DNA of 63,814 nt, filler included, from Lenisia limosa (Eukaryota; Protista; Breviatea), in assembly GCA_001655205.1 (NCBI GenBank). It is 10 parts of 10 records of this genome, joined end to end, with 100 filler letters (N's around TTAATTAATTAA, not from the genome) between each part and the next. Parts side by side here need not be neighbours in the genome. Positions count along the whole stretch, not along the records: positions 10,971 to 14,524 come from LPNZ01006201.1; positions 14,625 to 24,914 come from LPNZ01008105.1; positions 25,015 to 50,235 come from LPNZ01007156.1; 7 more parts are not named here. One strand, written 5' to 3'. The translations under genes and the position numbers were made by a program. Below the pieces are notes generated by a model. That model did not search any database. It was not told where the DNA came from and worked only from the letters and a program-made list of their open reading frames with translations. Shown here one piece after another: positions 14,201-25,209 of this stretch (its first letter is position 1; each line of letters starts with the position of its first letter).

Positions 14201-14280
14201 ACATTAACGTGTACAGTTGGCACGCACTCACCACATTGGGCGTAGCATTGGTGGCGGCATCGGTGCTACAGAATGAGTTT
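11230..14280 (-). CDS. internal fragment of a hypothetical gene with long repeat-rich introns
   Basis: Minus exons TDAATNATPNV, EQDDEERIQRRRRRTGNSDLE, EEKTEAVKDTALVEAVKKQEEEEAQKWDMVGGQ, ALQTSDDSLSVTGPSACLAGLGFIMAW, AYNAFQARSSFFFMSCLVRTLNAFEAAGQITGHS, PLPEDGTLQSLEGIQRAKELHL, ARASRVIAFGQWLSTLE, each flanked by AG/GT. Confidence 0.5.
11347..11444. mobile_element. ~100-bp palindromic MITE-like element, subfamily 2
   Basis: TAGTGCTTCCCTGCGTCCGAAAAAGAC...GTCTTTTTCGGACAGTAAGGAAGCCCTA; imperfect terminal inverted repeats, TA at both ends. Confidence 0.7.
11817..11916. mobile_element. ~100-bp palindromic MITE-like element, subfamily 1
   Basis: TAAGGCTTCACTTCGGTTCAAAAAAAGACTG...CAGTCTTTTTCGAACCGAAGTGAAGCCCTA; ~30-bp TIR. 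Confidence 0.8.
12340..12470 (-). repeat. intronic dispersed repeat module B
   Basis: Reverse complement matches 59625-59750 and 56668-56766 (TTTTGTGTTTTTGTCATCTGGCTTTTGTCTAGTTTTAGCGTTGGTTGCT...AGATTATTC). Confidence 0.8.
13549..13640 (-). repeat. intron 3'-end repeat module A abutting the splice acceptor
   Basis: Minus strand GAGTTGATTTTGGGCTTCTTTTTTTTTGTTAATTTTCCAATTTTACCCCCATCCCCTTCCAG|exon. Confidence 0.75.
14021..14122. mobile_element. ~100-bp palindromic MITE-like element, subfamily 1
   Basis: ATGGCTTCACTTAAGTTAAAAAAAAAAGAGACTGAATTTTTCGATAAA...TTTTTCGAACCGAAATGAAGCCCTA. Confidence 0.75.
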
Positions 14281-14376
14281 TTATCAAGTGAAGCGTTGGT
14301 TCATTATCAAAATGAATCAAATGCTAAGTGCAAGGAACCAAGCTTGGAGTATAGAGGGGGTAGTATCTCAAAAAGT

Positions 14377-14470
14377 TGAGTTTCCCTGGTCCCAAAAGAC
14401 CGACTCTCCCGATAAGTCCTCGATAAATAATATTCAAACGGTCTTTTTCACACCGCATAGGGAAGCCCTA
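14377..14470. mobile_element. ~100-bp palindromic MITE-like element, subfamily 2 (diverged)
   Basis: GAGTTTCCCTGGTCCCAAAAGACCG...CGGTCTTTTTCACACCGCATAGGGAAGCCCTA. Confidence 0.6.
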
Positions 14471-14524
14471 CTATTCCCCTCTCCCACTTCTCGCCCTTTT
14501 TCTTAGCCATGGCTCTTTGGCTCT

Positions 14525-14624
14525 NNNNNNNNNNNNNNNNNNNNNNNNNNNNNNNNNNNNNNNNNNNNTTAATTAATTAANNNNNNNNNNNNNNNNNNNN
14601 NNNNNNNNNNNNNNNNNNNNNNNN
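14525..14624. other. artificial contig spacer
   Basis: 44 N + TTAATTAATTAA (14569-14580) + 44 N. Confidence 0.97.
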
Positions 14625-15346
14625 AGAAAGAAGAAAAGGAAGAGAACGTCTCCCGCCAACTCGGTGAAGAATGACACAGACATGCCAGTAAGGGGAGCAG
14701 TGCAAGTGATGTTGGGTCCAGGGGTGTTCAATCCTAAGATATGAGTTGCAATATGACAGACGGCACTGTAACTAATCCTAAGTCAAAACATCTGGTCCGG
14801 TCTCGGTTCAGAATATGTTGTTGATCATGTTAGGTTTAATGCTCTGGCTGAATACCTGAATACACCAATAATTGAAAATGATATAGCTACTGTGAAAGTT
14901 TTCTGTCTGGTGTAATGTCACGTCCACTTCGCAGATCAACACACAACATAGTTGAAGTTTCGCCGAAGCTTACCAGAGGCAGCAACGCAAGGCATTGGGA
15001 ATTCCTTTCCGGTCTTCTGCTTGTAGATAGAAAGCTAAGATATTAGCAACGAGAAGCAAAGGAGACAATGCTTACAGAGTCAGAGGTGGCAACACAAGCT
15101 CCACACGCGTTGTTTTGCACAAAGCAGTCGCATGTATATCTAACAAGTCAATACACACCAATAAAAGCTTGGGAAAAGCACAGAAGAAAATCACCGTTTT
15201 TCACCATCCCTAAACTCGCCCCGCTCGGTGCAAAGAAAGTACTTTACATACCTAGTTCCGCCATCAGAGTTGAAAAGGCTGCAGTCCACGGCAAAGGCCG
15301 AACAGGCACAGAGGGCCAGAATGTATAGAAGTATATTTAACTTCAT
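14625..15346 (-). CDS. secreted cysteine-rich protein, 5' part (truncated by contig end)
   Basis: MKLNILLYILALCACSAFAVDCSLFNSDGGT (signal-peptide-like) | RYTCDCFVQNNACGACVATSDS | ...KEFPMPCVAAS... | ...HILGLNTPGPNITCTAPLTGMSVSFFTELA. Confidence 0.65.
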
Positions 15347-15645
15347 TATAACACTATCTAAGTTAATAACAGCGTCCAGGTGTCAAGAAGTAAAAAATAA
15401 AAACTGAAAAAATAATATATATTACATGTGTAGCTAATGTTATTCATCCCTGCCGTTACTATGCTTCAGCCCTCCTCTTGTGCTTGTCTTGTGCAACTCT
15501 TGTGCACGATAGTGAGACGATAGTTTTGTTGTGAGTAGTTGACTATAGGGATTGGTATCGCAAAGAAACGCCTGTCTCCTGATTACCTCGTATATTATGG
15601 ACTGCTCTGCTGCAGGTTGAATCGCTTCCAACACTGCCTCTGAAG

Positions 15646-18600
15646 ATGAATAGTCCCAGTAGAGAGAGGCGGTTTTCATTAACTGATCGAGATAATGTAG
15701 GATGGATCTAGGAGGGATATCCCATTTCGGAAAGAATACTCTGGTGTGATTTCCTCGCTTCTTACCACCCATCTTCAACACTTCCCTCCTCACTTTTTTA
15801 CCATGGCAGGTTGATCCTGTGGAAGAGGCTCTCTGTGGAGCAGATGAGGCTCTTATTAACAGCCACCTTGCTAAATTAGCGGTGAGTGGTTTTTGTTTAT
15901 TGGTGGTCCATTCGTAATTCAGTTTTTTTCGGCATTTATATTATGTATATATAATACCTGTGTGAGGGGCCTGAAGGATTTTTGCCCATTATTTTTATTA
16001 TTATTATTTAAAATATATATCTCTTCCATTCACACTCAAATTTGTAGGGCAATGAAGTCGCACTTGCGCCCTATGTTGAATTCTGCGCTGCAAATGGCTT
16101 TGTTGACTCATTAGAGGCGTTGTTTATACACGGGGCATCAGCTGCATTACCAGGTGTATGCGGCTTGAGTTTAATTATATTCATGTTGCTAATCTAATAT
16201 TGAATTATCATATCATTAACTAAATTGAATTGCCCAAATGATATGACTCCAAAATTCATTTATCAATCAAGTCATTGGGTACATGTTCCTCTTTGTAAAA
16301 TCAGCTGAATATTAACCACTCAGGTGGTATTTGCAACCCCTCTACACGCTGCATCAGATGGGGGGTACGAAGAGGTGGCTCGAGTTCTATTGAAGAATGG
16401 GGCTACCACTACAGTTGTTGACAAAGTTAGCGGGGGAAAGTCAGTTATGTTTCAAATTCATTCATTTTGTTTATCTCACACATCCTCGTTGAAATCAGAA
16501 TGTTGCGATATGTTTTTAGTGTTTTTCAAATCCAACCACTTTGACAATTATAGAATGGATGGACTGCTGCCCAAATAGCTGCAAATTCTCAGCAATGGCA
16601 GGTTGGTGATATCCGTATTAGTTTTGTTTTTGTTGAAACTTTTTCCTGATAGCAGCACCACGCTGGAAAGAGAGTATTGGGTTCATGTTTATTCGATTAG
16701 GTTTTCGGCGCAATTGCAGATGCGGTTCCTCACTGTCTCCCTCCGAACGTGAGCTGTTTTGTAATATATATTTGTTCTTGCAATGCTGAAAAAATCAGTG
16801 ACGAGCAATGGCTGGATTATTTTCCTCCTTTCATCCTCTCATGCGCTTTTAGGATAAGGCAGCAGCAGTGTTCTCAGTTTGTCGTGAGGCCCATCCTTCA
16901 AAATTCGGTTTTGCGAGTCCACTACTACCGAGTGAAATTGAAATCATGGAGGACAATGTTTGCATCTTAATCAGCGAAATTGTACTTCATTATTTTTTAT
17001 TCGTTGTTTCAACCTCTCAAGATGTTTTTTTTTTCTCTAAGCTCAGTTTTCAGTTTTCACCACTGTTACTTTTTAGTACGTTCTACAAGCCCTTGATAGA
17101 AGCCTTCGCCTTGAACGATGGGTTGAAGCCGGAGTTCTTCTTCGGCATAGTGAAATTTCAGTCTCATCTTTAGTGGGTTCAGTTCCCTTTGACGTTTTTT
17201 TTTATGCATAATGTTGTTTATTGCTAATTTGTTAAGAATATTCACATTTACCTATCTCCCCACCTCAGGACTTACAATCACATCCTGGACTCTTACATGC
17301 CGCTGTCAGGGCTGGTGCTCTCACTGCCACCATCACCCTCATACGCCTCAAACACTCAACAACATATCAAGACTCTGTAGGCTTTTTTTTTTGTTTTCAT
17401 TTTGGGAATCCGAAGATATTTTATTGTCCTTATTTTATCATTTAGTTCGGTCGTACACCCCTTCATATCGCCGCTAAAACTAGAGATCCTGTGAGAAGAA
17501 TCCAGGTTTGTTTGATAACTGAAGGCATAAAAGGAGCATCGACACGGAATATAATATACTATATATCGATATGTATATGGTACAACAAATGATATGTATC
17601 TCTGGATTTGTTTCTGACACATTAGTTTTGTGAGCTATTGTATTCCTCGGGAGCGGATTTTTTTGCCGAAGACAAGGTGAGAAGAGGTTCATCGTATACT
17701 TTTGATTTCATCTCAAATAAAGAATCAGATAGCAGAGTTTTTCTTTGACCTGAACATGTATTATTACCCTGAAAGCGTCATTAATGATTGATTCTTTAAT
17801 TATTTTTCCTTTTCCTTTTTGTTTTGTGTGTTCCAATCACCCAAAACCAGCTTGGAAAGGCACCAGTTGAATTGTTGATCTCTATGGGAGACTACAAATA
17901 CGCCAAAGATCTTGTTATGAACTCCGCAGGCGTGAGCACGGGGATAATATAATAATGTTTAATGACATTATTAAAATTGTGATAATCATGTTGAAAGTCA
18001 ACAATGTTATCTTTGAATGTGGACTATCACGTGGTGTTTTATATTATTATTCACAGATGCACATTCACTAAAATATAGTGATCGGGATAAGTCTTGACCG
18101 ATTTGCTTCATGATTTCCCAAAGACAATCGGTCAAGACTTATCACTTCACTGCAAATGTAAATGTTGTTCTAATATATAGTTATTATAGCGGTGATACCT
18201 TGTATAATTTATTTCTCGATTGATCCAATTATGGTTGAATGACTAAGATGGTTTTCTAAGCCCTAAAATATCTTTAAATGTTTGTGTTATACTCCCTTCC
18301 CCTCGCCAGCCCAACTCAGCATCGCGGGCTTTGCACTTCTTCGCACGAATGCTGGACATTCAGGCTCTTTTGGCTGTTCAGAAGTCTGTGGGGAAGACCG
18401 AATTCGACAAACTGCTTCTCATACGAGACCATGTAAGAGGTGTTTTGTTAATGTGAGAATTGTTTGATTTATATATTGGGTAATTACCTGTTTTGTATTT
18501 TAAGAGTATTATCTATCTTTTATGAACCTTTAAACGATTTTCAAATTCTTAATATAACTTTTATGTAGACTGGATGGTTGCCTTTACACAGTGCTTGTTG

Positions 18601-21600
18601 GCCTGAACACGCTGAGTTCTTCACGCGCAAGTACGATTCGTCAATACTTGTCAAAAAACCGTTTGCGGACTAAAATGAGAACTATTATCTTGCAAAGACA
18701 CACACTATTTTCGGTTGCTTTCGAAAATAAATCATATTATTTGTTGGAAATAAAAATATCCATATTTAATTTCCAAATACAATTTCGTGCTAAAATTTCA
18801 TAACATGTCAAATAAAATATCATTGGGCATCGCACGAAAGGGTCGTCTGATATGACTATCGGCTTGCACAAATGAATCATTTGAAAGTTACTTTAACAAT
18901 TCAGGCTCAATGGCAAAGTATTGTGTCGAAGATGGAACGACACCCTCAACCTTCTTCATCCTCCACCGTACCATTCATCAATGAATTCTGTTTGGTGGAT
19001 AGTTTGGTGTCTTTTTCTACAAGGGGTATGTTCCCTTAGTTTTATTCGTCGTGTGCATAGTTTAGCTTGAATGAGGAAGGGGGTTTGTTTACCGTAAATT
19101 CACAAGACTTTGTCGTGCTTCAAAAATAGTGCTTATCACTTTCTCATGCAGCTTGCGACTATTTTGTTCTGTTTCGTGTATGACCACTAACAATGTTACC
19201 CTGTAGATTCATCATTGTTCACTGCTCACCCCACTAGACGGGGGATTGTCGTCACGTTCTCTGTAAACGCTTCTCCAATCTTATCGACCTGGACACTACG
19301 CAATTGGATGACAGCATCATGAAGTGTTCATGCTACGCTGATACTACGGATCAGTTCACTAACAGGTGCGCATACTGAGTTTCATCTGTGGGTAAAATGT
19401 TAGAGAAAGTCGCTGTCTTTCCATAAATTGAGATTACTCATCTTTTTTTAATGAAATATAATTCCTTTTTAGGATACTTTAATAACAAAACGACTCCTTT
19501 GTTACTCTTTAGTCATTTGAACTTCTGCCGTTCAGAAGCAGGGGATTTCGAGTCGTGTTCGCCTTCTGACCTATCCTCATTACTGGATGACATTCGGTGT
19601 GGTCGATGCACGTTTGTTATAGGAAATGGCGTGACCCTGGCTACTATGGAGGGACAAGGCGAGGTTGGGGGGTGGGGGCTGTCAATGAAGTAAATTCATA
19701 TCATATGTATTATACAATTATTTCAAGAATAGGAAACGGCAAGAAATAACGGTATTGAATGTTGTTGTTTTGTTGATTATTTTAGTGTGCCCTAATCTTG
19801 TTGTGATGGATAACTATTCACAATGAAACTTTGACATCATTTTCCTTCATCATTTAAACAATATCGTCCATATGATATACGTTTTAAACTTAATATTGAC
19901 CATTCCCAGCACTGCATCTCACTGAACAATCTGCTGAAGGAAATTCAACAAGGAGAAAATCGCAAGCAAACCGTTAGAAAACGCCTCTTGTGAGCTGGAG
20001 TAGTGTTTCTTTACGCCTCAGTCAATTCCCTCGCTAACACCATAGATCATCTCGTCCAGATGGCGCTGTCACGCGTGTTGTTGCGCAGGAAGCCCTTGAT
20101 GCCGCCGGTCCGAAGGTGTTTAAGCGACTCGAGCGTCTCTTTACTTTGAGCGGCAAAAAAGAGTCCGTTGAACAAGTTCGAGGGTGTTTTTATGATATAT
20201 CCTCACTGCAGTTTTGATTTTGCTCATCTGTAGACTCCTTCCTAAATGATAACTAATAACTCTAAGTTCGATATATAGTATATTACAACACTATAATGGC
20301 GTATTAATTATAAAGATATGATCGATAGGTGTAGTTTTCCGAAATAGTTTTGCTCAGATTTACTTTGCAGGCGAAAAACAGCCCCATTATCAAGGCTTTG
20401 AAAGACCTTCAGGACCTACCTCTCCTTAAAAGGGGTTCGTTACATCGGTTTTACAATCTCATTGCCACGACCAATTACGACGATGTACTTGAAAATGTTT
20501 GTAATGGGAGCTGGCTGAATGATGCAGTCACCGTCAAGTAACACATCATACCTCTTCATATTTCCTGTTTTCATCAATTTATGATCACAAATACTACACT
20601 TTGAACTTATTTAACAGTGTCCAGGGTTTTGGACTCCTTGACAGCTGCGATCATGACGTTGATGCTGGTGAGCTTTCTTGGCAACTCCGAGCAGGAATCA
20701 TTGATGGAACAGTGCATATTCCGTCGTTGAACACTATGATTGCCCAGCAAATGGCAGAAATGGTTGGGGGGGGGGGGCAGAAAAACTATTCAAATTTTGG
20801 CCATTTATTTGTCCATGTTCCTTTCCCTCTATTAACTTAACTTTGAAGGTTGACTATGCGTGGAGGGGTGAGTTACTTGCATCTCAGCAAACCCCGCCCA
20901 TTATCCATATTCATGGTTATGTCGCCCGTCCAGAGCAAGTCGTTCTTGGCCAGGTATTGTTTCAGAGAATGCAATCGAAGCTCGTTTATGAATAATGTTG
21001 CCTTCAATCCTTATATTTAAGTTGACATGTTCTGACACTGCTAGGACAGTTATCGTAAGATTGTGCTTAATACTGCCCAAGCTGATCGTCTCAAAAGTGT
21101 TGGCTTTCTGAGACGTCTAATTTTCATCGGATGCTCAGCGGAAAGTCTCACAGATTATCATTTCGGCCATATTTTCGACTCTTTGCAAGCGTAAGTGGTG
21201 ATCAACAATATTTTTGTTGCAAGTTTTACCTTGTACTACGGGAAAATCTGGTAATATTGTGCTTTAAGTCATCTTATTGAGTTTTATATTCTTTGCAATA
21301 ATTTGAATACATTGGTTAGGACTAGGAGGTTTTCAGCAGGTCCCTTATTATGTTTCTTTTTATTTTATTTATTTGATGTATCAACATCCACTTTTGAATA
21401 TAAGCATGTTTTAAACTTCTTCTTTTCTAAAAACTTCTGTAACTAACATACATTAGTTCTTTTGGAAGCCGTAGACATGTTGTCGTTGCCCCTGCAGCGC
21501 AAGTCTATAACTATCCCCATTTCTTGGTAAGGTATCAAAGAAGAAAACTAGTAATACGTATATTTATTCTTTTATTTGAGGTTTTATTAATTTTCTGTTG

Positions 21601-22661
21601 ATACCACGATTGGCTCTCCACCCCGTCCAGTAATGTTGATGATGTAGGTTCTCGGATTTAAGGCAGGTGAAATACAAAAAACCGAATCTAAATTCCATCA
21701 TTTTGCTGATACAATTCAAGTGGGTTTGGGGTGCATTTTTTATTTTTTGTTTTCCCCCAAGTTAACGTTTCTCAGGCACTAAGGGACCTGGCATATGGTC
21801 TCAGAGTTCCAAAGGATTATGGCATTCAGGTTTGGACATCTACCCCACTTAATTCAACATTTTCCAGAAAAAGGGGTAATCACAGCGAAATCAACCTTCA
21901 ATTCAATCTCCATTGATAATCTATCTAATATTTTTGGAGGCTCACAATATACGCAAGCTGTAAAAACGAATTGGAGGAGAATGTGTCAAAGCTGTTTAAT
22001 CATACCCCCTAGTAACTCTCTGTTAGATATCTCCACAGTAAATTTCTCCCGAATTGATAACTTAAAACAGCATACTGTCGTTACTGGATTGTAGGTTCGA
22101 GACGCAAATGGAACGACACATGTTGTTACTCGCTACGCACAGCCCCATCAGTCATGTGGCACCGAATTTCCATCGTTAGTTGTTTTATTTTTGTTTTTGT
22201 GGAAGTAACAGTGTGTTTTTATTGTTTTCAAATACTGGGTTTTTCACTTATTGGTGGGTTTAGTACTTCTCTCGAAATGCAAGGCTATAGCACAAAAGGA
22301 AGGGATCCTGAGAGACAACCTGCACAGGTTGGCAAATATAAATGTTCACCTTATAAAAGTTGATTTTTTTTTTCTTTTACTTCATAAAACTATTCTTCTG
22401 TAATTATATCCTTCCTCGTCTAAGTTCTTTTTCTCAAATGTTTGATCCCATCCTTCATCAGAGTCGGTACCAGCTCCACCCTGACGACTTATTCGCGATG
22501 CGCTCTTTGTCGGTTCCAGAGGACACAATGAGCGTTGAGAGCATGGAGGCAGAAGTGGCGTCGTTCATTCCATCACGGTTAGTGTTGCTTATATTCACAT
22601 ATCATCTGTATTCTCCAGTAATTTGACAATTTTGTTTGAATCTTTTTTGTCCTTAATGTGA
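15646..22661 (+). CDS. ankyrin-repeat protein with a C-terminal SIR2-like (SIR2_2-type) domain; start and stop approximate
   Basis: Ankyrin exons: TPLHAASDGGYEEVARVLLKNGATTTVVDK|NGWTAAQIAA, LLHAAVRAG, FGRTPLHIAAK, ELLYSSGADFFAEDK|LGKAPVELL, TGWLPLHSAC. SIR2 exons (phases checked): LLDDIRCGRCTFVIGNGVT, LIATTNYDDVLEN (20461-20496), IIHIHGYVARPEQVVLGQ|DSY, LIFIGCSAESLTDYHFGHIF. The join across ~18640-18900 was not resolved. Confidence 0.75.
18077..18150. repeat. intronic hairpin element (18-bp perfect inverted repeat)
   Basis: GATAAGTCTTGACCGATT (18086-18103), 22-nt loop, AATCGGTCAAGACTTATC (18126-18143); related copy at 29341-29401. Confidence 0.85.
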
Positions 22662-24200
22662 CCGCAGCTCGGCATCACCCGTAGAAGACAGTACTCTGGT
22701 TTCTCCATTCTTAACTCGCGAAATTTCACACACAGTGGGGAAGGATTAATTATATTTATCGTTAATAATGTAGCCACCCTCCATTCTACCGAAATTCACT
22801 CCCTCGCCGCCACAACCCATCAAACCCAAAGCTAAAAGGGGACGACAGCGCAGACGGTCAAAGCATAAGAAGCCAACATCATCTGACTTGCCTCGGGATA
22901 TTAAAGTTTGTGTTTGGGACAAAACAAATTCACTATTTAAGTTTGCACCCATTGAGTTCTTGGTTTCTTCTTCATTTATTATTCTTGTTTTGTTTCTATT
23001 GATGTTTACAGTAGTAGTGTAGACTGTTCAATGTATTTTTCAACATTTTTCCGAAAGCATATGGAGAAGGGTCTTGTTTGGCATTCAAAAGTCACTTCCA
23101 CCCAGTTGGAGATATAATACAATATATTACACGCTACACAGCATAGCTCCACCTCATGGAAGCACTATAATACAAGAGTATACAACCATTTAAACATCAA
23201 ACAAAATCATTAGTTGACCATCTTTTTCGCCTTCCTAGCAGCTTTCAACTGTTTCATTGCGACTTCGAACGGGACTTTCAGGTCCTCACATATAGTCTAG
23301 AGTTGTAAGCCAATAAAAGATACCTAATTGGATAAATAGTGTCGAGGATGATATTGGGGCATCTTTAACAAACTATTACGTTAGATATTTACATCACATA
23401 AACACACATTTTTAAATATATTATGTCGTGAAACGTAAATAAATAAATGTTCAAATAGGGATAGACCACCACAATAACATAATTCTTCACAATCTCAATT
23501 CCAAGAAAAAAATTCATTGTAACCAGTACCACTCCCATCTTACCGTTGCAAGAGTTGTTTCGATTTGCTCCCTCAGATTGCCACCTTGCTTCGCTGATAC
23601 CTTCAACCTACGGTATGTGATATTCAATAGAACAGTTATTAACGTCAAAATTCAGTGACTACTTGCACAACCCATTTAAACATCGCAAGAACAAAAAAGG
23701 TGGGTAAGCGTGAAATATACAATGAGCACAATAGTCGTCTACCCCCTCCGCCCAAAGGCAGCTCATAGTAGCACTATTTGAGGTCGTTATATATATAAAA
23801 GAACAGGAACTCACGTATAAAAGGTGATGAAAACAGGCCTTAAAAAAAAAATTTTTGATAGTAAATCCTGTGATAATGTCTTTTTCGCCTAATACGGCAC
23901 TTTAGACATCATTAAAGATCAAGAGTCCCCTATCGGTTTTCAACTCCCAACAAGCCAATATTGTCCAAGGAGGTCTCCATACACCTAGGCTGCAGCATCG
24001 GCTGTTTTGGCTCCAGTTCCCCGACGACACTGAAGGTAGGAGGAATCACTCTGGAACCGTCTTGCTATCATCCTAATTATTATGATTCATTTCTTAAAAT
24101 TCCTATTATACTATTCACTCATTCATCATCTAACCGCGGCGCCGTATGAGCTTTCGGTATCTTGGGAGGTCGAGATTATATAATACAAAAAGAAAGGGGA
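22653..24200 (-). CDS. 3' part of a hypothetical gene convergent with the Ank-SIR2 gene
   Basis: Exons IISTSQDTESSYGAA, LKVSAKQGGNLREQIETTLAT, TICEDLKVPFEVAMKQLKAARKAKKM, LLNAKQDPSPYAFGKMLKNTLNSLHYY|CKSDDVGFLCFDRLRCRPLLALGLMGCGGEGVNFGRMEG|VKNGETRVLSSTGDAELRSH*; last two joins are phase-consistent. Confidence 0.55.
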
Positions 24201-24229
24201 AGAGTAACTCCATTCTTTTATAACTCGAG

Positions 24230-24914
24230 TGCTCTAGTGTTGAAAAATTTGAAGAAATCACAGATTCATTATTATTTGTCCTTCATTGTTCTACAATTGA
24301 AAAAAATGGAAGAAATTCCAGAATGTGAAGATACACCATGTTTCCAAATGCTCTGGTGTTGAAAAAAATGGAAGAAATTCCAGAATNNNNNNNNNNCCGT
24401 TTCCAAATGCTCTGGTGTTGAAAAAAATGGAAGAAATTCCAGAATATGAATTATTACCACGTTTCCAAATGCTCTGGTGTTGAAAAAAATGGAAGAAATT
24501 CCAGAATGTGAAGATACACCACGTTTCCAAATGCTCTGGTGTTGAAAAAAATGGAAGAAATTCCAGAATGTGAAGATATACCACGTTTCCAAATGCTCTG
24601 GTGTTGAAAACAATGGAAGAAATTCCAGAATAGGAAGATATACCATGTTTCCAAATGCTCTGGTGTTGAAAAAAATGGAAGAAATTCCAGAATATGAAGA
24701 TATACCNNNNNNNNNNNNNNNNNNNNNNNNNNNNNNNNNNNNNNNNNNNNNNNNNNNNNNNNNNNNNNNNNNNNNNNNNNNNNNNNNNNNNNNNNNNNNN
24801 NNNNNNNNNNNNNNNNNNNNNNTGAAGAAATTCCAGAATAGGAAGATACACCATGTTTCCAAATGCTCTGGTGTTGAAAAAAATGGAAGAAATTCCAGAA
24901 TAGGAAGATATACC
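24230..24914. repeat. 62-bp tandem repeat (minisatellite) running into the contig end
   Basis: Unit TTCCAAATGCTCTGGTGTTGAAAAAAATGGAAGAAATTCCAGAATGTGAAGATACACCATGT; at least 7 readable copies interrupted by N runs, plus a degenerate copy at ~24230. Confidence 0.95.
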
Positions 24915-25014
24915 NNNNNNNNNNNNNNNNNNNNNNNNNNNNNNNNNNNNNNNNNNNNTTAATTAATTAANNNNNNNNNNNNNNNNNNNNNNNNNNNNNN
25001 NNNNNNNNNNNNNN
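24915..25014. other. artificial contig spacer
   Basis: 44 N + TTAATTAATTAA (24959-24970) + 44 N. Confidence 0.97.
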
Positions 25015-25209
25015 ATATCAGCAGAAAAAAGCGATTCTTTTTTTTTCAAAAAACAAAACAAACCTATCAAGGATAAAACAAATAACAACAACAAAAGAAA
25101 AGTAATGAGTAATAAAAACAAATAAGAGATAGAACAGCCTTCGTCCAATTGTTCCTCTTTTATCAACCAATTAAACAGTGTATCTCTTTATAAATAGATA
25201 ATTTGGAAT

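Noticed and set aside
15440-15793. 117-aa minus-strand ORF with plausible splice sites overlapping the 5' end of the Ank-SIR2 gene
   Set aside because: No recognisable product in any splice combination, and the plus strand needs an exon here to supply the ankyrin gene start. It cannot be excluded without stranded RNA data.
19664-20850. Base-pairing between 5' G-runs and 3' C-runs of the same intron as introner TIRs
   Set aside because: In the introns checked, G-run donors and C-run acceptors usually do not occur in the same intron.
22774-23022. Plus-strand Pro/Arg-rich reading (PPSILPKFTPSPPQPIKPKAKRGRQRRR...) as the C-terminus of the Ank-SIR2 protein
   Set aside because: The minus strand gives phase-consistent exons with proper introns over the same interval, so the plus reading is more likely a shadow.
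24272-24962. Long repetitive ORFs on both strands, and a possible CRISPR array
   Set aside because: The ORFs are by-products of a 62-bp tandem repeat. The variable parts are homologous to each other rather than unique spacers, there are no cas genes, and the context is eukaryotic.
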